Part shown: positions 44,401-53,400 of the stretch, piece after piece
Position numbering within the stretch: position 1 is the first letter of the stretch
Layout: each line of letters begins with the position of its first letter
Origin: Pseudomonadales bacterium
GTDB taxonomy: Bacteria > Pseudomonadota > Gammaproteobacteria > Pseudomonadales > Azotimanducaceae
Length of the DNA: 64,000 nucleotides
Assembly: GCA_965200235.1 (NCBI GenBank)
Contig: OZ241339.1
Location: forward strand, 372,508 to 436,507
Reading direction: 5' to 3'
Position numbers and translations under genes: made by a program
The notes under the pieces: generated by a model
Told to the model about the DNA's origin: nothing
Database searches by the model: none
Seen by the model: only the letters and a program-made list of their open reading frames with translations

Positions 44401-47400
44401 TCCGGCGCGTCCGCATCGCCGGTGGCGGTCACCGTCGGCGCCAGTCCACGGGTGCGCGTCTCGACAACGAGCGTCACCGCCAGCGAGCGCGGCGCGGACG
44501 GCGTCTACATGGTCAGCCTCAACACCGACCCGAGCGGCACCGCGCGCGTCACTGCCACCCGATCGAGCGACGAGATTGCCGTGAACGGCGGCGCGTCCGC
44601 GACCCTCACCTTCAACAGCAGCAACTGGCAGACGCCGCAGCGGATCACGGTGCGCGCCCAGCCGGACTACGACAAGGACAACGACACCGCGGCCATCACC
44701 CATGCGGTGACGGGCTACGGCAGCGTCTCTAGCGGGCCGCAAGTCAGTGTCTCCACGGTCGATATCGGCGCCACGATGATCTATTTGGAGCGCTCGGCCG
44801 ATCCGATCAATGATCTCAACCCCCTTGCCATCCCTGATCGCCGCGTTACCAGCTTGACCCTCAACGAGGGCGAGAGCAAGGATTTTTACGCCGTGATCAC
44901 GACTCGGGCGCGCGTCATATTCGGCTCTGTAACGTTCCCAAGCGACTTGGCAGTGAGCGGCGGCATCGGAGGCAATTTCCGCGCATCGGGCCAGACCGGT
45001 TCACGTGCCAACCTTTCAATCAGCGCAACGAGCAGCGGCAGCACTTCCGGCCATGTATGCGCCTACGTGATCGACCCGCATCCGGATTACCCGCAGCAAA
45101 CAGCGCCGACAAGCCTCAGCCAGTGCAATGCCGCATACACCTTGCCTGTCACGGTGAATTTGGGCGACCGCGTCAATATCGAACCCACCACGCTGGATAT
45201 CGAAGAAGGCGGCAGCGCGCAAACCTACGAAGTGTGGCTCAACACCGATCCTTCCGGCACCGCCACCGTCACGCCAGTCTCGCCCGATATCGGCGCGGTG
45301 ACCGTGTCCGGCGCGCTCACCTTCAACTCTAGAAATTTCGGCGACCGCCAGCAGGTGACCGTCACCCCGGTCGATGACGACGATCGCGACGATGAGACCG
45401 TCGCCATCACCCACACCGTGGCGGACTATTCCGGCAGCGCCAGCGGCGTGACCGTGAACGTGGACGACGACGACGACCTGCCCGATATCAGCATTGTCGC
45501 GACGGCTGCGAGCGTGGTCGAAGGCGGCACCGCCAGCTTCACGATTTCGGCGGATCCGGCCCCCGAGGCCAGTCTCACCGTCAATCTGACGGTGCAGCAA
45601 ACCGGCGACTACGGCATCGCCGCCGGCAGCCTCGGTTCGCAGACCGTCACCATCGCGGCCACCGAGACGAGCGCGAGCTTCACCGCGGCCACTGCGGGCG
45701 ACGATGTAGACGAAACCGCAGGCTCGCTCGCCGCGACCATCGCCACCGGCAGCGGCTACACGGTGGCGGCGAGCCCCGCGAATACCGCGACCGTCGAGCT
45801 GCGCGACAACGACGCCACCTCCGTGACCTTGGCCGTGCCCGCCGGCAACATCGCCGAAGCCGACGGCACCAAGACCATCACCGTCACCTTGGGACGGGCG
45901 CTTGTCAGCCCCGAAGTCTTGCCAGTGCCCTTGAGCTTCCTCGGCAGCGCCACGCGTGGCACCGACTACGCATTAACCGCGCCGAACCCGGTGCCGGCCG
46001 GCCTCGCGTTCAATTTGTCGGGTGCAACGCCCAGCATCACCTTCACCGGCCCGTCGCCGGAAGCAGCCACCTTCACGCTCGCCTCCACCGACGATGATGC
46101 CGATGAGGGCTTGAGCGAGTCCGTGTCCGTCGCGCTCGGCACGCTCAACGCGAGTTCCGGCACGAACTTACATGGCGGCGCCGTCGGCAGCGGCAGCGGC
46201 GCCTTCGCCATTGAGGACGACGAAACCACTGTGGTTCCGGAGGTCAGCATCGCCGCAGGCGCGGCCGCCACCGAAGGCGGCAACGCCACTTTCACGGTGA
46301 GCGTTTCCCCGGCGATCAGCGCCGCGTTGACGGTGGCGCTCAACGTCACCCAGGACGGCACGTTCGTCGCCGCCGGCAATCTCGGCGCGGACGAGGTGAT
46401 CGTGCCGGCGGGCGAGGCGAGCGCGGTGTTCAGCGTCGCCACCGTCAACGACGACCTTGACACAGCCGACGGCTCGGTGACCGTCACCATCACCGACGAT
46501 GCGGCCTACACGATTTCCTCGACCGCTGCCGCCGCCACAGCCGACGTGACCGACAACGACGCCACCATCGTCACCCTGGCGAACGACGTGCCGGTCACGC
46601 AGGAGGCGAGCGGCACCCCGGCCAGATTCACCGTCTCGCTCAGCCGCGCCCTCGTGACCGGCGAAGCCATCCGCGCCCCGCTCAGCTATGCGGGCGGACC
46701 GAACGGCGCGTTCACGCTGAGCGGCAACCCCAACGGCATCGACTTCACCAGCAACGTCCTCACCTTCACCGGCGGCACGGGCGCGGCCACCACCGCCACC
46801 ATCCAATTCTTCTCCAGCCGCGACCAGGACAACGAAGACGAGAACTACACCGTCAGCTTCGGCACGGTGGTTGGGAGAGGGCTTGGCGGCGGCGCGTCCG
46901 GCGCCGGCACCGCCGCGATCAGCGTCCTCGACGATTTGCGCGCCACCCAGACCATCAGCGTCGAAGCGACGAGCGCGTCCATCGATGAAGGCGGCACGGC
47001 CACCTTCACGGTTACGACCAGCCGCCCTTATGGGTCGCAGCTCGGGGGCGAGAACCGCACGGTGAGAGTGGGTCTGCGCGGCACCGGTGCCGCCACGCTG
47101 CCAGCCGAGTTCCGCTCCTTGACCTTCCCGATCGGCACGGCCTCGCTGCCGCTGTCCGTCGCCACGCAAACGGACGACGTGGACCGGCCCACCGGTGCGG
47201 TGATCGCAACCGTGCAGAGCGGTTCGGACTACGTCGTCAGCTCCAGTGCGGGCACGGCCGAAGTGCCCGTGAACGACGACGACCCGACCACCTTCACGGT
47301 TGGGCTGCTCAACGCAACCATCCAATTGAACGAGGAGGATTCGGTCAACGAAAGGACCACAGCGGGCAACGTCCTGCGATTCAGCTTCTCGCGCGGCTTG

Positions 47401-50400
47401 GTTGCCGGCGAAACCGTCAACATCCCGCTGGTCTTCACGGGCGGCACCCCGGGCGAGGATTTCTTCATCCGCACCACGCTCGCCGCTGACGGCACGCCGC
47501 CGAGTTGGCTGAGCATATCCTCGGCGGGCGTGGTGACCATCAGCGGCGGCGAAACCGCCGGGTTCGACACCTATCTTGTCGTGCTTGATGATGACGACGG
47601 CATCGACGAGCGGATCACCCTCTCGTCGATTGGCACCATCACCCATACCGGACTCGGCGGCAGCGCCACCGGCACCATCCGCGCGCCCGCCACGTTCAGC
47701 ATTATCGACAACGACCAGCCGAGCGGCCCGGCGGTGAGCATCGAATCCGACGGCGACGTCACCGAAGGCACCGCTGCGGCCTTCACCCTGAGCGTCTCGC
47801 CGGCGCCGACCGCGGAGCTCGAGGTGTCGCTGACCGTGGCCGAGGAAGGCGGCTTCGTGGACTCCAGCAATACCGGCGCGCAGACCGTCACCATTGCGGC
47901 GGACGCCACTTCCGCGGCCTTCACCGTTGCCACCTTGGGCGACACCGCCGACGAGCCGGACGGCTCGGTGACCGTCACCGTCGCCTCCGGCACCGGCTAC
48001 GAAGTCGACTCGCCGAGTTCGGCCGAAGCGGCAATTGCCGACGACGACGCCACGACCGTAACCTTGGCTGTGACCGACGCGATCGCTACCGAAGGCGATT
48101 CGAGCGCCACCGGCGCGTTCACCGTCACGCTTGGCCGCGCGCTCGTCTCCGGCGAAAGCCTGACCGCGCCGCTCGGCCTGTCCGGCGCCACCGCGGGCGA
48201 CGAGTTCAGGCTTGCGCTCACCGCCGCCAGCGGCATCGGCTTCAACGCTGCGACCAGCACGCTCACCTTCACCGGCGGCACGGGCGCGTCCACGGTCGCC
48301 ACCCTGACCCTCACCGCCGAGGACGACGACAACTTCGCCGACGAGACCTTGACGTTAAGCCTCGGCGCGCTGTCTTCGTCGGGCTTGAGCGGCGGCGTGG
48401 AAGGCACCGGCAGCGGCGATATCGAAATCACCGATGCCGGCGCGCCCGAACCCGTCATCAGCGTCACCGCCGGTGCCGGCATCACCGAAGGCGGCACGGC
48501 GACGTTCACCGTCACCGCGGCACCTGCGCCGACCGCCGAGCTTGAGGTGGCGCTTGCCGTCTCGCAACAAGGCAGCTACGTCGCTTCCGGCAACCTCGGC
48601 AGCGCCAGCGTCACCTTCGCGGCGAACGACGGCAGCGAGACCTTCACCGTCGCCACCCAAGGCGACAACGTTGACGAGCCAAATGGCGCGGTGGTGGTGA
48701 CCGTGGTGAACGGTACCGGCTACGGCCCGTCCTCGACGAGCGGCTCGGCGCAAGTGGCCGTGGCCGACGACGAAGCCACGAGCGTGACTTTGGCCGTGAC
48801 CGACACGACTGCCACCGAGGGCGATTCGAGCGCCACCGCCGCGTTCACCGTGACGCTTGGCCGCGCGCTCGCCGCAGGCGAGGGCATCTCGGTGCCGCTC
48901 ACCTTCACCGGCGGCGATCCCGGCGACGACTTTAGCATGGCGCTCGCCACTGCAACCGGCATCAGCTTCACCGCTGCCACGAGCACGCTCACCTTTACTG
49001 GCAGCGCGAGCGCGGACAGCGTCGCAAATCTCACTTTCACCGCCTTGGAAGACGACAACTTCGTCAACGACACGGTGGGCGTGGCGTTGGGCGCGGTGAC
49101 CGTGACCAACCTCGGCGGCGGCGTCAACGCCTCCGGCAGCGGTAACATCACCGTCACCGACGCCGGTGTGCCGGATCCGGTCATCAGCATCGCTGGCAGC
49201 GCGGGCGTCACCGAAGGCGGCACGGCGACATTCACGGTGACGGCCGCGCCAGTGCAGCCGACTGATACTTCCGTGTCGGTGAATGTGACGCAGGAAGGCA
49301 GCTACGTCGCTGCGGACGATCTCGGCGCCGATACCGTGACAATTCCTGCGAACGCCGCCTCTGCGGACTTCACCGTTGCGACCGTCGGCGACAGCGCCGA
49401 CGAGCCGAACGGCTCGGTGACCGTGACCGTGACCTCCGGCAGCGACTACGAAGTGTCTTCGACCGCAGGCTCGGACGAGGTGGATGTCGCCGACGACGAT
49501 GCGACCACCGTCGTCTTGGCGGTGACCGATGCGACTGCCACCGAAGGCGATTCGACCGCGACCGCCGCGTTCACCGTGACGCTTGGCCGCGCGCTCGCCA
49601 CCGGCGAAGGCTTGACCGTCGCGCTCGGCTTCGCGGGCGGCGCGAGCGGTGATGATTTCACCCTTGCGCTCACTACGGCGACCGGCATCTCCTTTGCGGC
49701 GGCGACCAACACCTTGACCTTCTCGGGCGGTGCGGGCGCTTCGAGCACTGCGACATTGACTTTCAGCGCGGCGAACGATGCCGATACCACCGACGAGACC
49801 GTCACCGTCAGCCTTGGCACCCTAACGCCGTCCGCGCTCGGCGGCGGCGTGATCGGCAGCCGCACCGGCGACGGCGAAATCGTCATCACCGATGCGGGCG
49901 TCGTCGGCGCGGTGATTGTGGCTGGTTCGCCTGTGGCTGTGACCGAAGGCGGCGCAACGGGCAGCTACACGGTCGTGCTCGCGACCGACCCGGGCGCGAT
50001 CGTGACGGTGACGCCAAGTTCTGGCGATACAAGCGCGGTGACGGTATCGGGTGCGCTCACCTTCAACACCGGTAACTGGAGCACGCCGCAGGCCGTGACC
50101 GTGACGCCGGTGAGTGATGGCGACGTGACCAACGAGAGCGTCAGCATCAGCCACGCCGTTTCGGGCTATGCGGGCGTGACGAGTGCGCCGACGGCGACCG
50201 TCACCGTGACTGATCTCGGGCGCGGCGTGGTGGTCGAACCGACTGCGATCGACATCGACCAAGGCGACAGCGAAACCTACAGCGTCGTGCTTGTGAGCGC
50301 GCCGGCGGTCGGCACGACGGTCAGCGTTGTCGCCGCGAGCGGCGATGAAGAGGTCGCGACCGTGAGCGGAACGCCTCTCTTCACGACAGCCAACTGGAGT

Positions 50401-53400
50401 GCGCCGCAGAACGTCACTGTGACTGGCGTCGGTGGCGGCTCGACGAGCATCAGCCACAGCATCACTTCGGCGGACACTGACTATTCGTCGATCACGCCGT
50501 CGGCTGTGTCGGTGTCGGTGACCGCGGTACCGGCCGTGCTGCTGTCCGAATCGACGATCGAAGTCACTGAACGCGGCGAGGACTCTAGCTACGATGTGGT
50601 ACTCGCCACCAATCCGGGGGCCGAAGTGACCGTCACGCCGGTTTCTTCGGATGCGAGCGCGGCGAGCGTTTCCGCTGCGCTGACCTTCAACGCGAGTAAC
50701 TGGAGCACGCCGCAGACCGTGACGGTCTCGCCCGAGATCGACAACGATGCAGTTGGCGAAACAGTAGCGATCTCGCATACGGTGACTGGCTATCAGGGCG
50801 CCTCCGCACCGTCTGATATTGCCGTCACCGTCACTGACTTTGGTCATGCGATCCTCGTCGAACCGACTGCTCTCAGCGTGCCTGCGGGCGAAACCGCGAG
50901 CTACTCGGTGACCATCACCTCGGCGTCCGCAAGCGGCGTGACCCTGACGCCGACAAGCGGCGCGGACGCGACTGCGACGGTCGGTGCCGGCGTGACCTTG
51001 AGCGCGGCTGATGCCAATACAGCCGTCGAGATTGTCGTCACCGGCGTCGCCGTCGGCCAGACCAGCATCACCCATGCGATCGCCACCGTCGACCCGAACT
51101 ACGCGAGCGTGGCGGCGGCGCCGCTCGCAGTGGACGTGACCGCGGCAGCGGGCGTGCGCATCGCGCCGCTGGAACTCGCGCTGACCGAAGGCGGCGAAGA
51201 CGACAGCTACGAAGTGCGGCTCGGCACCGATCCGGGCGCGACCGTCACCGTGACGCCGAGCGCCGGCGATGCAGGTGCCGTGACGGTGTCCGGCGCGCTC
51301 ACCTTCAACTCGACCAACTGGAGCGATCCGCAGACGGTGACCATCGCTGCGGTCGACGACGATGATCGCGACGACGAATCCGTCACCATCACCCACGCGG
51401 TCAGCGGCTATGCGGGCGTCACGAGTGCGCCTGATGTGACGGTGACGGTTTCCGACGACGATCTCTTGCCGACGGTGAGCGTCTCGGCCACTGTGGGCAG
51501 CGTCTCCGAAGGCGGCAACGCGACGTTGCGCGTGAGCGCGACGCCTGCGCCCGCAGCCGACCTTGAGGTGTCCTTGACGCTTGCGGCGCAAGGCGACTTC
51601 TTCGCATCCGACGCGCTTGGCGATGTGACCGCGACAATCGCCGCTGGCGCCGAGTTCGTCAATGTGACGCTGCCAATCCTGAGTGATGAGATCGACGAGC
51701 CGAACGGCTCGCTCAGCGCGACGCTCGTCGCGGGCGACGGCTACCTGCTTGCGGAAGCGCCCGCCAACGCGACGGTCAAGATCATCGCCGACAACGATGC
51801 CACGCAAGTGACGTTGGCATCCGCTGCTGGCGAGGACATCGACGAGGACGGCGGCAGCGCATTGCTGAGAGTAGCGCTTGGTCGGGCGCTGCAGGCTGGG
51901 GAAGCCCTCGAAGTCGTGCTCGAACTCGGCGGCAGCGCCGAGCTCGGCGGCGACTACACGCTTGCGGCGCCTTCGGCCGCGCCTGCGGGTGTCGCCTACA
52001 GCGGATTGGATAGTGCGCCGACGATCACCTTCACCGGCGGCGCAGGGGCATCGGCGAGCGCCGCGCTGCGCTTGGTTGCCGTGTCTGACAGCATTGATGA
52101 AGGCGACGGTGAAAGCGTCACCATTGCGCTTGCCGCGCTCGACTCGAACGCCGGCACGAACCTCGGCGGCGGCGCAAGCGGCACTGGCAGCGTCAGCCTT
52201 GAGATTGTTGATGACGACGATCCCATCGTCCTGCCGACCGTGTCGGTGAGCGCCGGGCCTGCCGCTACCGAAGGTGGTGAAGCGGTGTTCTCGATCTTGG
52301 CGAACCCGGCCCCTGACGGCGAAATCCGTGTTGGTCTTAGCGTGTCCGACAGTGGCGCGTTTGTGGCTGCGGGCGACCTCGGCGAGCGGTTCGTCACGCT
52401 GAGCGCGGCATCGCCTTCGACGAGCGTCTCCGTCGCCACCATTGACGACGAAAATGACGAAGCCGACGGCGCGGTGTCGGTGACTATGCAAGCGGGCGAA
52501 GGCTATGTCCTATCGCGCACCGATGCCTCGGCGTCCGTCAGCGTCTCCGATGACGATGCGACTTCTGTCAGCGTCGCCGCTTCGAGCGAGGACGTTGCCG
52601 AGAACCAGCGTGCGACTGTGACCGTGATGATCGGACGCGCGCTCGCGCCGTCCGAGACGCTCGAAGTCGAGCTTGAGATCAGCGGCGACGCCGTGCTCGG
52701 CGTGGACTACCGCTTGGAGGTGCCCGCCGTGGTGCCGCCGGGCGTCTCGTATGCGATGCTCGACAGCGCGCCGCGTGTCATCTTCACTGGCGGCGTGGCG
52801 GCGTCTCTCTTGGCGCCAATCGTGATCGTGCCGATCGCCGACGATGAGTCGGAAGATGCCGGGGAATCGTTAAGCATCGGTGTCGCGCCGAACGAGGACA
52901 TTGCGCCGAGCGGCGGCGCCATCGGTAGCGAGCCTGTCGATATCGATATCGTCGAGCCGACGGAGCCTGTCGATCCAGTGCCGGGCGGCACTCCGGAAGT
53001 GTCGATCACCGCGAACGCGGCGATCGTCGAAGGCGGCGAGGCGCTGTTCACGCTGTTCGCGAACCCGGCGCCCGAGCGCGATCTCGCGGTGAGCGTGGTG
53101 ATCGCCGAGCAGGGCGGATTCCTGGCCGACGCGACGATGACGGCCTTTGAAGCAACGGTCAAATCCGGCGAAACCTCCACGGTGCTGCGCATCGCCACGG
53201 CGAGGGATGACCTCGACGAAGCCGACGGTGCGGTGAGCGCCACCGTGCAGGCTGGCAGCGGCTATACGCTCGCTGGCGCGCCGGGCAATGCGGCAAGCGT
53301 TGTCGTGACGGACGACGATGCGACCTTCGTGACGCTCAATGTGCCAGCGGACAGCCTTGCCGAAGCGGGCGGCAGCGCCGTGCTCACTGTCAGTCTGGGA